From Clostridia bacterium (GTDB lineage: Bacteria > Bacillota > Clostridia > UMGS1883 > UMGS1540): a DNA stretch of 64,000 bases. Positions 21,773 to 32,176 of the stretch are shown piece after piece. Location: positions 17,281-81,280 of the forward strand of contig JAZSDN010000003.1 in NCBI GenBank assembly GCA_045531205.1, written 5' to 3'. The notes beneath the pieces are model-generated. The model saw nothing but the letters and a program-made list of their open reading frames with translations, had not been told where the DNA came from and did not search any database. A program made the position numbers and the translations under genes. Within the stretch, counting starts at the first letter, position 1. Each line of letters opens with the position of its first letter.

Positions 21773-23539
21773 ATGAGTATAGGAAGAATTAAAAAAATTG
21801 CAGGACCATTGGTAATAGCAGAAGGTATGAAAGACGCCAATATGTTTGACGTTGTAAGAGTAAGCGAAAAACGTCTTATAGGCGAAGTTATAGAAATGCA
21901 CGGGGACGAGGCATCCATTCAGGTATATGAGGAAACATCGGGCTTAAAACCCGGTGAACCTGTTGAATCAACAGAAATTCCGCTTTGTGCAGAACTCGGC
22001 CCCGGTCTTATAGAAAGTATATACGATGGTATCCAAAGACCCCTTGTAGCCATTATGGAAAAATGCGGGAATAACCTTGAGCGAGGAGTTGAAGTTCCTT
22101 CTCTTAACCGTGAAAAGGTATGGACATTTAATGCAACCGCTTCTGTAGGTGACAATGTTTTAGGCGGAGATATTTTGGGAACAGTACAGGAAACCCCCGT
22201 TGTTCTTCACAAAATAATGGTGCCAAACGGTATAAAAGGTGTTATAACACAAATTACATCAGGCGACTTTAAAGTTTCCGATGTTGTGGCAAAAATCAAA
22301 ACAGATAAAGGCGAAGAAGAAGTTACACTTATGCAAAAATGGCCTGTACGAAGAGGCCGCCCCTATAAAGAAAAACTGCAGCCTTCAATGCCGCTTGTAA
22401 CAGGAACAAGAGTTATAGATATGTTTTTCCCAATAGCAAAAGGCGGTGTAGCAACAGTACCCGGACCTTTCGGCAGCGGAAAAACAGTAGTACAGCATCA
22501 GCTTGCAAAATGGGCAGATGCAGATATAGTTGTGTATATAGGCTGCGGAGAACGTGGAAACGAAATGACCGACGTTTTAAACGAATTCCCCGAACTTATC
22601 GACCCCAAAACAGGTCGTTCGCTTATGGAACGTACAGTGTTGATAGCAAACACCTCGGATATGCCTGTTGCGGCAAGAGAAGCATCAATATACACAGGTA
22701 TCACAATAGCAGAATATTTCCGTGATATGGGTTATTCGGTAGCACTTATGGCAGACTCAACCTCACGTTGGGCAGAAGCACTTCGTGAAATGTCAGGAAG
22801 ACTTCAGGAAATGCCCGGTGAAGAAGGCTACCCTGCATACCTCGGAAGCCGTCTTGCACAGTTCTACGAAAGAGCGGGATATGTTATCTCAAACGGAACA
22901 GAGGGAAGAGAAGGTGCACTTTCAGTAATCGGTGCCGTATCACCTCCCGGTGGTGATATTTCAGAACCCGTAGCACAGGCAACACTCCGTATAGTAAAAG
23001 TATTCTGGGGACTTGACTCGGCACTTGCATACAAACGTCACTTCCCGGCAATAAACTGGCTTAACAGCTATTCGCTTTATCAGGAAGATACAGGCAAATG
23101 GTTTAACAAAAATATATCTGACGAGTGGACAGAAGCACGTGCCGCTATGATGCGTCTTTTGCAGGAAGAAAGCGAGCTTGACGAAATAGTAAAAATGGTA
23201 GGTATAGATGCCTTGTCATCGCAGGACAGAATAAAAATGGAAGCTGCACGCAGTATCCGTGAAGACTTCTTGCATCAGAACTCGTTCCACGAAACAGATA
23301 CTTATACAACCCCTGATAAACAGATTTTAATGGCAAAGCTTATTTTGGCATATTATCAAAAAGCAATGCAGGGACTTGAAAATAAAGCAGATATGAGAGA
23401 GATTATAAATCTCCCTGTAAGAGAACAAATAGGCCGTTTTAAATATGTAAAAGAAGAAAACTGCAAAGCAGAATACGAAAAAGTTTATAACGAGCTTGAA
23501 AATCAGATTAACACACTTATAAGTAAGGAGGAAGACTGA
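21773..23539 (+). CDS. ntpA: V-type ATPase catalytic subunit A
   Basis: Walker [10 protein letters not shown]; 588 aa. Confidence 0.95.
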   Translation: MSIGRIKKIAGPLVIAEGMKDANMFDVVRVSEKRLIGEVIEMHGDEASIQVYEETSGLKPGEPVESTEIPLCAELGPGLIESIYDGIQRPLVAIMEKCGNNLERGVEVPSLNREKVWTFNATASVGDNVLGGDILGTVQETPVVLHKIMVPNGIKGVITQITSGDFKVSDVVAKIKTDKGEEEVTLMQKWPVRRGRPYKEKLQPSMPLVTGTRVIDMFFPIAKGGVATVPGPFGSGKTVVQHQLAKWADADIVVYIGCGERGNEMTDVLNEFPELIDPKTGRSLMERTVLIANTSDMPVAAREASIYTGITIAEYFRDMGYSVALMADSTSRWAEALREMSGRLQEMPGEEGYPAYLGSRLAQFYERAGYVISNGTEGREGALSVIGAVSPPGGDISEPVAQATLRIVKVFWGLDSALAYKRHFPAINWLNSYSLYQEDTGKWFNKNISDEWTEARAAMMRLLQEESELDEIVKMVGIDALSSQDRIKMEAARSIREDFLHQNSFHETDTYTTPDKQILMAKLILAYYQKAMQGLENKADMREIINLPVREQIGRFKYVKEENCKAEYEKVYNELENQINTLISKEED

Positions 23540-24912
23540 TGCCAAAAGAATATAAAACAATTCAGGAAGTAGCAGGTCCTCTTATGCTTGTTTCGGGCGT
23601 TGAAGGGGTATCCTATGACGAACTTGGCGAAATAGAACTTGCATCAGGCGAAACACGTCGTTGTAAAGTATTAGAAGTAAACGGAAACAATGTACTTGTA
23701 CAGCTTTTCGAAAATGCCGTTGGTATAAACCTTTCCGACAGTAAGGTGCGTTTTATGGGCAGAAGTATGCAACTTGGCGTATCAGAAGATATGCTTGGCA
23801 GAGTATTCAACGGTCTTGGTATGCCTATAGATAACGGCCCCGAAATTTTGCCGGCAGAACGCCGCGATATAAACGGCTTGCCTATGAACCCCGCAGCACG
23901 TAACTATCCTAACGAATTTATACAAACAGGCGTTTCAGCAATCGACGGACTTAATACCCTCGTAAGAGGACAGAAGTTACCTATATTTTCAGCTTCAGGC
24001 TTGCCTCACGCACAGCTTGCAGCGCAGATAGCAAGACAGGCAAAGGTAAGAGGAACTGATGACCAGTTTGCCGTTGTATTTGCAGCAATGGGTATTACCT
24101 TTGAAGAAGCAAACTTCTTTATCGAAAGCTTTAAAGAAACAGGCGCAATAGACAGAACAACCCTTTTCATAAACCTTGCAAACGACCCTGCAGTTGAGCG
24201 TATAGCAACCCCCCGTATGGCACTTACAGCAGCAGAATATCTTGCATTTGAAAAGGATATGCACGTTCTTGTAATATTAACCGATATAACAAACTATGCA
24301 GACGCACTTCGTGAAGTATCTGCCGCACGAAAAGAGGTTCCGGGTCGCCGTGGTTACCCGGGATATATGTATACAGACCTTGCAACTTTATACGAAAGAG
24401 CAGGCCGTCAGCGCGGCAAAAAGGGAAGTATCACAATGATGCCCATCCTCACTATGCCCGAAGATGATAAAACACATCCAATTCCTGACTTAACAGGCTA
24501 TATAACAGAAGGACAGATAATCCTAAGCCGTGAGCTTTACCGTAAAGGCGTAGAGCCTCCCATTGATGTTCTTCCTTCACTTTCAAGACTTAAGGATAAA
24601 GGTATAGGCGAAGGTAAAACAAGAGCCGACCATTCAAACGTTTTAAATCAGCTTTTCTCGGCGTATGCAAGAGGTAAAGAAGCAAAAGAACTTATGACAA
24701 TCTTAGGTGAAGCAGCACTTTCCGAAATTGACTTAAAATATGCACACTTCTCCGAAGAATTCGAACAGGAATATTTGTCACAAGGCTATAAAGCAGACAG
24801 AAGCATAGAAGAAACCTTAAAGGTAGGCTGGAGACTTTTGTCACTTCTCCCAAGAAGCGAATTAAAACGTATAGACGATAAGTTCCTTGATGAGTATTAC
24901 GGTAAGGAGTGA
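23539..24912 (+). CDS. ntpB: V-type ATPase subunit B
   Basis: 457 aa, typical B-subunit sequence. Its ATG overlaps the ntpA stop. Confidence 0.95.
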   Translation: MPKEYKTIQEVAGPLMLVSGVEGVSYDELGEIELASGETRRCKVLEVNGNNVLVQLFENAVGINLSDSKVRFMGRSMQLGVSEDMLGRVFNGLGMPIDNGPEILPAERRDINGLPMNPAARNYPNEFIQTGVSAIDGLNTLVRGQKLPIFSASGLPHAQLAAQIARQAKVRGTDDQFAVVFAAMGITFEEANFFIESFKETGAIDRTTLFINLANDPAVERIATPRMALTAAEYLAFEKDMHVLVILTDITNYADALREVSAARKEVPGRRGYPGYMYTDLATLYERAGRQRGKKGSITMMPILTMPEDDKTHPIPDLTGYITEGQIILSRELYRKGVEPPIDVLPSLSRLKDKGIGEGKTRADHSNVLNQLFSAYARGKEAKELMTILGEAALSEIDLKYAHFSEEFEQEYLSQGYKADRSIEETLKVGWRLLSLLPRSELKRIDDKFLDEYYGKE

Positions 24913-24917
24913 TATAA

Positions 24918-25580
24918 ATGGCTTCTGTACAGGTAAATCCCACCAGAATGGAGCTTACCCGCCTTAAAAAGAAGCTTAAAACAGCCGTTGGCGGACATAA
25001 ACTCCTAAAAGATAAGCTTGACGAACTTATGCGTCGCTTTTTAGAGCTTGTGCGATATAATATGGAGCTTCGTTTAAAGGTTGAAGAGGGAATAAAAGGC
25101 TCAAATCAAAAATTCGTTGTAGCAAAGGCAACAATGCCAAAGGAAGCTTTAAAAACTGCATTTATGGCACCAAAACAAAAGGTAGAGCTTGAGTTTAAAC
25201 CGCAGAATGTAATGAGCGTAGAAATACCGTCTTTTGAAGCAAAAACAAAAACCGCCGATAAAAACGATATTTATTCATACGGCTTTGCCTTTACTTCAGC
25301 AGACCTTGATACGGCAGTAAAATCACTCTCCGATGTTTTTGAAGAAATGTTAAAGCTCGCCCAGTGCGAAAAAGCGTGTCAGCTTATGGCAGGCGAAATC
25401 GAAAAAACAAGAAGAAGAGTAAACGCCTTAGAACACGTTGTAATTCCCGATACAAAAGAAAAAATAAAATATATAACAATGAAGCTTGACGAAAATGAGC
25501 GTTCCACACAGGTCCGACTTATGAAGGTTAAGGATATGATGATACGCGAACAAATCGAAAAACAAAAACAGACAAATTAA
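24918..25580 (+). CDS. ntpD: V-type ATPase subunit D
   Basis: N-terminus VNPTRMELTRLKKKL; coiled-coil central stalk. Confidence 0.9.
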   Translation: MASVQVNPTRMELTRLKKKLKTAVGGHKLLKDKLDELMRRFLELVRYNMELRLKVEEGIKGSNQKFVVAKATMPKEALKTAFMAPKQKVELEFKPQNVMSVEIPSFEAKTKTADKNDIYSYGFAFTSADLDTAVKSLSDVFEEMLKLAQCEKACQLMAGEIEKTRRRVNALEHVVIPDTKEKIKYITMKLDENERSTQVRLMKVKDMMIREQIEKQKQTN

Positions 25581-25584
25581 CAAA

Positions 25585-25620
25585 AAGGAGATGCAAAAAA
25601 ATTTTTGCATCTCCTTTTCT
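25585..25620 (+). terminator. Rho-independent terminator of the V-ATPase operon
   Basis: GGAGATGCAAAAA / TTTTTGCATCTCC stem followed by TTTT. Confidence 0.8.
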
Positions 25621-25621
25621 G

Positions 25622-25650
25622 TTGACTTTTAACTTCGCTTGTGTTACAAT
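25622..25650 (+). promoter_or_regulatory. Candidate sigma-A promoter
   Basis: TTGACT, 17-nt spacer, TACAAT. Confidence 0.5.
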
Positions 25651-25685
25651 TTGAATGGTTAGTTTTTGCAGGAGGATAAATTAAA

Positions 25686-26987
25686 ATGTATGACGTTTTT
25701 TCATTACCTGACTTTAAGTTTTCAAAAAATTTCCTTTGGGGTGTGGCAACTGCAGGTCACCAGATAGAAGGAAATAATATTCATAGCGGGCACTGGAAAA
25801 GAGAACTGGAGAGACCAAAGGATCCTACAGGAATTTATGTGCCGTCAGGTATGGCATGTAACCATTATAATATGGTGGATGAAGACATTTCAATTATTGA
25901 AAAGCTTTCTGTCAAGATTTATCGTATGAGTGTGGAATGGTCACGTATAGAACCAAAAGAGGGAGAATTTTGTCAAGAGGCAATTGATCATTATCTGTAT
26001 GAACTCGAAAACCTTAAAAAGCGTGGTATCAAGGTGTGCCTTACACTGGTACATTTCGTTCTGCCGCTTTGGTTTGAAGAAAAAGGTGGGATGAACACAC
26101 CTGATAACCTTCCGTATTTCGAAAAATATCTCAAAAAGGTAATACCTATTTTCTCTCCTTATGTTGATATGTGGACTGTTCTTAACGAATTTAACTGCGG
26201 TACATCCATAGAAGCCTGCAAAAATAAGATGAGCGTTATACGTTATCATGCGCTCGGTTACCACTTTATAAAGGCATATTCTAAAGCACCTGTTTCCACA
26301 GCACATGCACTTATCCTTTTTGAACCATATCGAAAGTACGATAAGTTCGATAACGCTGCTGCAAGTCTTAAAGACTGCTATGTAAACGAATTTTTCTTTA
26401 ACGCTATTCGAACGGGCGAGGTTGTTTTTCCCTTCCTCGAAGGATATTTTGACAAAGAAATTAAAAACACCTGTGATTTCTGGGCAATTAATATCTATAC
26501 AAGAAGTATGGTTGATGCAAGAAAAGATGATGCAAAAACCATTCCGTATCACCATAAAGATATGAAGATGCTTCCAATGGAAGGATTTTATCATAGAGAA
26601 ATGTATCCTGAAACTATTATTCACCAATTAAGCCGTCTTAAGGATTTACCTGTGCACATTACAGAAAACGGTTGTAGTTGCTATGATGATGATTTTCGTA
26701 TTGTGTATCTCGCACTTTATTTAAATGCTATACACGAAGCAATTGAAAGCGGCATTGACATACAAAGTTATATGCATTGGTCATTACTCGACAATTATGA
26801 GTGGGGCACTTTTGCACCGCGATTCGGGCTTGTGGATGTTAACTTTAAAACCTTTGAGAGAAAAATTAAAAAAAGTGGCTACTTTTTCTGTGATATAATA
26901 AAGAATAATGGTTTTTCGCAGGATATTTTAAGAAAATATCTGGATAAACTTCCGCTTCTTCAAAAGTATACACTCCGCGAAGATTAA
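25686..26987 (+). CDS. Glycoside hydrolase family 1 (beta-glucosidase-like)
   Basis: FLWGVATAGHQIEGN N-terminus, acid/base LNEF (NEP-like) and nucleophile ITENG. Confidence 0.85.
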   Translation: MYDVFSLPDFKFSKNFLWGVATAGHQIEGNNIHSGHWKRELERPKDPTGIYVPSGMACNHYNMVDEDISIIEKLSVKIYRMSVEWSRIEPKEGEFCQEAIDHYLYELENLKKRGIKVCLTLVHFVLPLWFEEKGGMNTPDNLPYFEKYLKKVIPIFSPYVDMWTVLNEFNCGTSIEACKNKMSVIRYHALGYHFIKAYSKAPVSTAHALILFEPYRKYDKFDNAAASLKDCYVNEFFFNAIRTGEVVFPFLEGYFDKEIKNTCDFWAINIYTRSMVDARKDDAKTIPYHHKDMKMLPMEGFYHREMYPETIIHQLSRLKDLPVHITENGCSCYDDDFRIVYLALYLNAIHEAIESGIDIQSYMHWSLLDNYEWGTFAPRFGLVDVNFKTFERKIKKSGYFFCDIIKNNGFSQDILRKYLDKLPLLQKYTLRED

Positions 26988-27024
26988 CATAAAAAATCAA
27001 ATCAGAAAAAACGAGGTAAAAACC

Positions 27025-28182
27025 ATGAAAAACGCAGAAAAAAATAATTTTTATAACATACCTCTGTGCGACACACATTTTCATTTAATTTATCCCGAAA
27101 CAATAGAAGATACCACAGATATTTTCCGTAATATTATAAACTATTACGATTATAAAAGAGTAACCCTTTGCTGTATGGCAAAAAGCTCACACCGCGTAGC
27201 AGACCCTGCAAACAATTTAAAAGGTCTTTACCTCAAATCGCTTTTAAATAACGAGTACAACGAAGACAAAATTTTTGTATACGGCAGTCCATTTCATTTT
27301 TATGACGAACGTGATACACAAGACGGTTACCTTGCACAGGTAAAAGAACTTTACGATATGGGCGTTGACGGATATAAAATGCTCGACGGCAAACCCAATT
27401 TAAGAAAAATGCTTGGTAAAAAACTTTGTGACCCCGTGTTCAATAAAATGTACGCATTTATGGAAGAAAAGGGACTTCCTTTAAAATACCATCTTGGCGA
27501 CCCCATAACAAACTGGGGAGAAAAGTCAACTATGGACGAGTATACTATAAATCAGGGATGGTGGTATGGCGACGGAACTTTCCCGACTTTGGCAGAATTC
27601 CGTGACGAAATTGACGGAATTCTCACAAAATTCCCTAAGTTAAAGCTTTGCCTTGCACATTTTTATTTTTATTCTGACGATTTAGAGGGAGCAACCGCAT
27701 TTTTCGAAAGGTGGGAAAATGTTTCATTCGACCTTACACCCGGTGGAGAAATGTTTGTAAACTTTAATAAACGTCCAGAAGAATGGAAAGAATTTTTCAA
27801 AAAATATAAAAACAGAATTTTCTTCGGCACCGATACCTATAACATTCCCATTTCTGGCGACTTGGAAACTTGCGCATGGGGAAGGTCAAACCTTGTAAGA
27901 AGAATGCTCGAAAAAGACCCTTCCGAAAGCTTTGAAGCAAGAAACCTCGGGACATTAAACCCCATGGGACTTGATATAGAAGATGTAAAGGATATTTATT
28001 ATAATAACCATAAAAATCTTCATCCTTCGGCAAGAAAATTAAATAATAAACTTATTGCCGAAAAAGCGTTGCAAACTATAGAAAAACTTAAAAATAATGA
28101 ATTTATACTCGAAAGCGACGAAGAAGTAAAACTCGAAATCAAAAATCTCGAAAGTGTGTATAATTATTTTAAAAACATATAA
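27025..28182 (+). CDS. Metal-dependent amidohydrolase-fold (TIM barrel) protein
   Basis: CDTHFHL N-terminal metal motif, LAHFYF, and FGTD near the C-terminal part of the barrel. Confidence 0.55.
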   Translation: MKNAEKNNFYNIPLCDTHFHLIYPETIEDTTDIFRNIINYYDYKRVTLCCMAKSSHRVADPANNLKGLYLKSLLNNEYNEDKIFVYGSPFHFYDERDTQDGYLAQVKELYDMGVDGYKMLDGKPNLRKMLGKKLCDPVFNKMYAFMEEKGLPLKYHLGDPITNWGEKSTMDEYTINQGWWYGDGTFPTLAEFRDEIDGILTKFPKLKLCLAHFYFYSDDLEGATAFFERWENVSFDLTPGGEMFVNFNKRPEEWKEFFKKYKNRIFFGTDTYNIPISGDLETCAWGRSNLVRRMLEKDPSESFEARNLGTLNPMGLDIEDVKDIYYNNHKNLHPSARKLNNKLIAEKALQTIEKLKNNEFILESDEEVKLEIKNLESVYNYFKNI

Positions 28183-28200
28183 AAGAAAGGAAATAAAAAG

Positions 28201-29349
28201 ATGAAAAAATTATTGGCATTGATTTTAGTATTGGCATTAAGTGTATTTATGCTTTCGGGTTGTATGGCAATAAAAGAAGAAATCGTTATAAATGCAGACG
28301 GAAGTACAGCAATAACAGCATTTGCAGGCTACACAGAAGAAGGACTTGAAATGATAATGTCCGCAATGGGGGCAGAGGATACAGCCGCTTCAGTTGAACA
28401 GTTTAAAGCAGAAGCACAAGCTATCGAATATAACGGAATAAAATATTACGGTAAAACCGAACAAAAAAACTATGCTACAGTTGAAGAATATAATCAAGCA
28501 ATCGAAGAAGAAACTACAGACTCTTACGAAAAACTTGAAAAGCATGCTGACGGAAGCTTTACCTATACAATTACTTTAACAGGGGATGAACTGAAAGATG
28601 AGCTTGAAGGTGCAGGCTACGATGATGCACAGACAGAAGAAATTATAAAAGAAATGTATGCAGCTTATGAAATCACTTTCCCCCAAGATGTAAAGCAGAT
28701 AGCAGGAACAAGCGATGGCATAACAATTTCAGGAAACAAAATTATAATTGACGTTGTTAAAATAGTCAAGTCAATTAAAGATGCCACAACCTTTATATTT
28801 ACAACATCCAAAGCATCAGGCTTTACAGATGTATTGCCCGAAGCATGGTACTACGCAGCAGTAACAAAAATGGCACAAGGCGGGCTTGTTAACGGTGTAG
28901 GGAATAATCTTTTTATGCCCGAGGTTACATTAACATACGCACAGTTCTGTCAGATTATGGCACGTGCAAAAGGTATTGGCACAGGTGAAATAAATAATTA
29001 CTGGGCGGGCAAAGCGGTAGAAGGATGTGTAAACGCAGGCTATATAATAAGCCGCGGAGAAATTACCCCCGAAAATTATGATGTTGCAATTCCAAGGGAA
29101 GCAGCAGTTGCAGCAATGTATCTTGCTAAAAAAGACATCATAACAGTAACTAACACCTTAACAATTGCAGATATTCCTGACGGCGATAAAATATCACCCG
29201 AATATAAAGAGGCAGTTTTAGCGGCATATAATACAGGAATTACACAGGGCGTCGACGAAAACCGTACCTTTAATCCCGATAAAACATTAAGAAGGGCAGA
29301 AGTATGTCAGTTATTCTTTAACCTTGACTGGACAACTGCAGCACAATAA
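28201..29349 (+). CDS. Lipoprotein with C-terminal SLH-like repeats
   Basis: Signal peptide with lipobox LSGC. The C-terminal half has SLH-like repeats (FTDVLPEAWYYAAVTKMAQGGLVNG..., ...TLRRAEVCQLFFNL). Confidence 0.65.
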   Translation: MKKLLALILVLALSVFMLSGCMAIKEEIVINADGSTAITAFAGYTEEGLEMIMSAMGAEDTAASVEQFKAEAQAIEYNGIKYYGKTEQKNYATVEEYNQAIEEETTDSYEKLEKHADGSFTYTITLTGDELKDELEGAGYDDAQTEEIIKEMYAAYEITFPQDVKQIAGTSDGITISGNKIIIDVVKIVKSIKDATTFIFTTSKASGFTDVLPEAWYYAAVTKMAQGGLVNGVGNNLFMPEVTLTYAQFCQIMARAKGIGTGEINNYWAGKAVEGCVNAGYIISRGEITPENYDVAIPREAAVAAMYLAKKDIITVTNTLTIADIPDGDKISPEYKEAVLAAYNTGITQGVDENRTFNPDKTLRRAEVCQLFFNLDWTTAAQ

Positions 29350-29351
29350 TT

Positions 29352-30389
29352 ATGCAAGAAAAACGAAATGTAAGTATAGACCTTATAAAAACAATAGCCA
29401 TAATAGGAGTTATAGCAATACACGCAGGCTCGTCTTTGTTAAGTATAAATAAAATAGGCTCATTTGAATGGACAAGCGGACTTTTCTGGGCGTCGTTTTT
29501 CAGAGCAAGCGTGCCTCTGTTTTTAATGACAAGCGGAGCACTGATGCTTGATACATCAAAAAATATTACCTTAAAAAAGCTTTGGTTTCATAATATTGCA
29601 AGAATAGTAGTTGCCATGCTTTTTTGGGGGCTTGCCTATAAAATATATCATTTAATAGACGGACAACAGTTTACCATATCAAACCTTTGGTATGCTCTAA
29701 AACGCCTTCTGCTTTTTGATCAGGAGTTTCATTTTTATTATATACATATAATTTTAATTGTGTATGCAGTGTTGCCAATAACCCGACTATTTATCGAAAA
29801 GGCAGATAAAAAGCTTTTGGAGTATGCTCTTGCAGTATGGTTTTTACTTGCCATTTTATTTCCTACAGTAAAAGATTTTTATCCCTTTAACCTTTTATCG
29901 GGCTTAACAAACCAATGGCTTATAAATATGACATGGGCATCAGTAGGCTACGGAATTTTGGGATATTACCTTAAAAAATATCCTTTGTCAATACGTGCAT
30001 CATTAATATGCCTTATAGCGGGATTTGCCGTAGTTTTCGGCTTTACATTTTATATGTCACAAAAATATGGAATGCTGTACGAGCTGTTTTTCCAGGGTAT
30101 GAGCGTAGGTGTTTGCCTTTATGCTGCAGGAATTTTTTCTGTCGCTTTGTTTGCAGGTGAAAAGTTAGTGGGAAAACTTTCAAAAATAATTGTGTATATA
30201 TCAAAAGCATCCTTTTGTATATATCTTTCCCACATGTTTGTTTTGTATCGGTTTGCAAAACTTTCGCTTACCCCACAAACCCTTGCAATTATTACAGTAC
30301 CTTTAATATCTGTTTTGGCACTTTTAATATGCACTGGTATATACGCAGTAATATCCAAAATACCAATTCTTAAAAAATGGATTATTTAA
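29352..30389 (+). CDS. Acyltransferase family 3 membrane protein
   Basis: 345 aa, about 10 TM. The N-terminal IDLIKTIAIIGVIAIH motif is typical of acyltransferase_3. Confidence 0.7.
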   Translation: MQEKRNVSIDLIKTIAIIGVIAIHAGSSLLSINKIGSFEWTSGLFWASFFRASVPLFLMTSGALMLDTSKNITLKKLWFHNIARIVVAMLFWGLAYKIYHLIDGQQFTISNLWYALKRLLLFDQEFHFYYIHIILIVYAVLPITRLFIEKADKKLLEYALAVWFLLAILFPTVKDFYPFNLLSGLTNQWLINMTWASVGYGILGYYLKKYPLSIRASLICLIAGFAVVFGFTFYMSQKYGMLYELFFQGMSVGVCLYAAGIFSVALFAGEKLVGKLSKIIVYISKASFCIYLSHMFVLYRFAKLSLTPQTLAIITVPLISVLALLICTGIYAVISKIPILKKWII

Positions 30390-30393
30390 ATTA

Positions 30394-30425
30394 AGCACCG
30401 CAAAGTTTTACTTTGCGGTGCTTTT
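30394..30425. terminator. Hairpin terminator between convergent genes
   Basis: 12-bp perfect stem pairing 30394-30405 with 30411-30422. The loop contains the stop codon of the minus-strand AraC gene. Confidence 0.6.
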
Positions 30426-31211
30426 ATGTATATTTGGTTTTCTGATATCACTTGGATTATATCCAAAAGTCTTTTTAAATACACGATTAAAATTTCTTAT
30501 ACTGCCAAAACCCGTTTTAAAAGCCACCTCACTTGCAGGAATATTATTTTGTTCAAGCAGCTGTTTTGCAGCAAAAACTCTTAAAGAATTAACTATTTCC
30601 GAAAATCCGGGTTTGCCATCACTGTTTAAAACTCTGCTTAAGTGAGAAACTGTAACCCCGATATTAAAAGCAGTTTTCTCTAAAGTTATATCTTCCATAT
30701 AATTCTCCGAAATATATGAAATAGCTTTTCTGTATACGTCATATTCAAAGGCTGACTTTTCAAAAGATTCGCATTTGTTAACAAAAAGAGAAACGGTTGC
30801 ATAAAGCAAAGCTTTTTTTAAAAGGTTATCTTCGAAGTTTGACTTTATTATATCAAATATAATTTCGCGATGGCTTTGTTCAAACTTCGTAAAATTAGGT
30901 TTAAAAGCTTTGCCACGCAAAATTTGTCTGTATTCCGATATATATTCAGGCGGACAAGCAATAATAAAAATATCTACATCCTCTCCTGATATTTCCTCGT
31001 GTATTTCGTACGGCATAATAATTGCCACATCTCCGCTTTTTAAAATATGTTTTTGATTTTCTACAGTAATATCAATACTTCCCTTTAAAACAAAAACAAA
31101 CTCTATATGGCTGTGAACGTGAGAAAGAAAAGAAACATTGTTATAATTATTACAATGAAAAAAATCGGAAAAACCTCTTTCGGGTCTAATTTGGTACTTC
31201 ATAGCCGTCAC
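30408..31211 (-). CDS. AraC family transcriptional regulator (cupin + HTH)
   Basis: N-terminal cupin (HSHIEFVFVLKG) and C-terminal AraC HTH (VSHLSRVL..., GFGSIRNFNRVFKKTFGYNPS). Confidence 0.85.
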   Translation of the reverse strand: MTAMKYQIRPERGFSDFFHCNNYNNVSFLSHVHSHIEFVFVLKGSIDITVENQKHILKSGDVAIIMPYEIHEEISGEDVDIFIIACPPEYISEYRQILRGKAFKPNFTKFEQSHREIIFDIIKSNFEDNLLKKALLYATVSLFVNKCESFEKSAFEYDVYRKAISYISENYMEDITLEKTAFNIGVTVSHLSRVLNSDGKPGFSEIVNSLRVFAAKQLLEQNNIPASEVAFKTGFGSIRNFNRVFKKTFGYNPSDIRKPNIHKSTAK

Positions 31212-31300
31212 CTTAAAATATCAAAATTTGTCTAATATTATATATTATATTTCTTGCTATGTCAAGACGCAAGCTATTATAATAAGTTAAGGTGATAAAT

Positions 31301-32164
31301 ATGGGATATTTGCTTACGCTTCTTGTTGCAGTAATGAGCAGTAGTTCAACGGTTTTAAGAAAAAATTATATTAACAGAACTTTGAATGTAAAGTCATCAA
31401 TAAATATATTTATGTTGGTGGCACATCCAATAGCAGCAGTATATTTTTTTATTCTTTCAAAAGGCAATGTTACAATAGATTCAAATTCTTTCTTCTTTGC
31501 CTTTTTATACGGCATAATTTGCATGAGCTCTGTCCTCGTAAATTTGCATGCCTTAACACGAGCAAATTTAGTTTATATAGGTGTACTGGGAGGGGCAGGT
31601 TCTACAATAATCCCTTTCTTGTTTGATCTTTTAAGAGGAAACGCTTTTACTGTTTTTCAGGTTATAGCAGTTGCTATAAGGCTTAAGGCAGTATTACTGC
31701 CTATGTTTCAGGAAAAAAAGAAAACAAAAGGTTTCATTTTATACATTTTTATATTTATAATTTCGGGACTTGGCAGTATAATAAACAAACTCTATGGGGA
31801 ACATAGCACCTCAGTAAGTGATAGCAGCTATTGCTTCTGGACGAATATAATAATTATACCAATAATCACAATAGCAATACTTAAAAAAGAAGGCTTATCA
31901 CAACTTTTAGGTGATATAAAAAAAATAAAACCCAAAAACTATATAAATATATTTGCAGAAATAGCAATCAATAACGCAAGCTCTCTGATTGCTTTGCAGA
32001 TATTAAGAATGATAAGCATTACTCATTATTCAGTACTTTTATCTTCTGTAGGAAGCATTTTTACAGTATTGATTTCACTTTATATATTTAAAGAAACTGT
32101 TACAAAAAGGCATTTAATAAGTGCCGCACTATCACTTGTGGCCATTATATTGTGGGTACTTTAG
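31301..32164 (+). CDS. DMT/EamA-like 10-TM permease
   Basis: Two roughly 5-TM halves. ATG at 31301 after AAGGTGA. Divergent from the AraC gene. Confidence 0.5.
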   Translation: MGYLLTLLVAVMSSSSTVLRKNYINRTLNVKSSINIFMLVAHPIAAVYFFILSKGNVTIDSNSFFFAFLYGIICMSSVLVNLHALTRANLVYIGVLGGAGSTIIPFLFDLLRGNAFTVFQVIAVAIRLKAVLLPMFQEKKKTKGFILYIFIFIISGLGSIINKLYGEHSTSVSDSSYCFWTNIIIIPIITIAILKKEGLSQLLGDIKKIKPKNYINIFAEIAINNASSLIALQILRMISITHYSVLLSSVGSIFTVLISLYIFKETVTKRHLISAALSLVAIILWVL

Positions 32165-32176
32165 GAGGAGAAAAAT

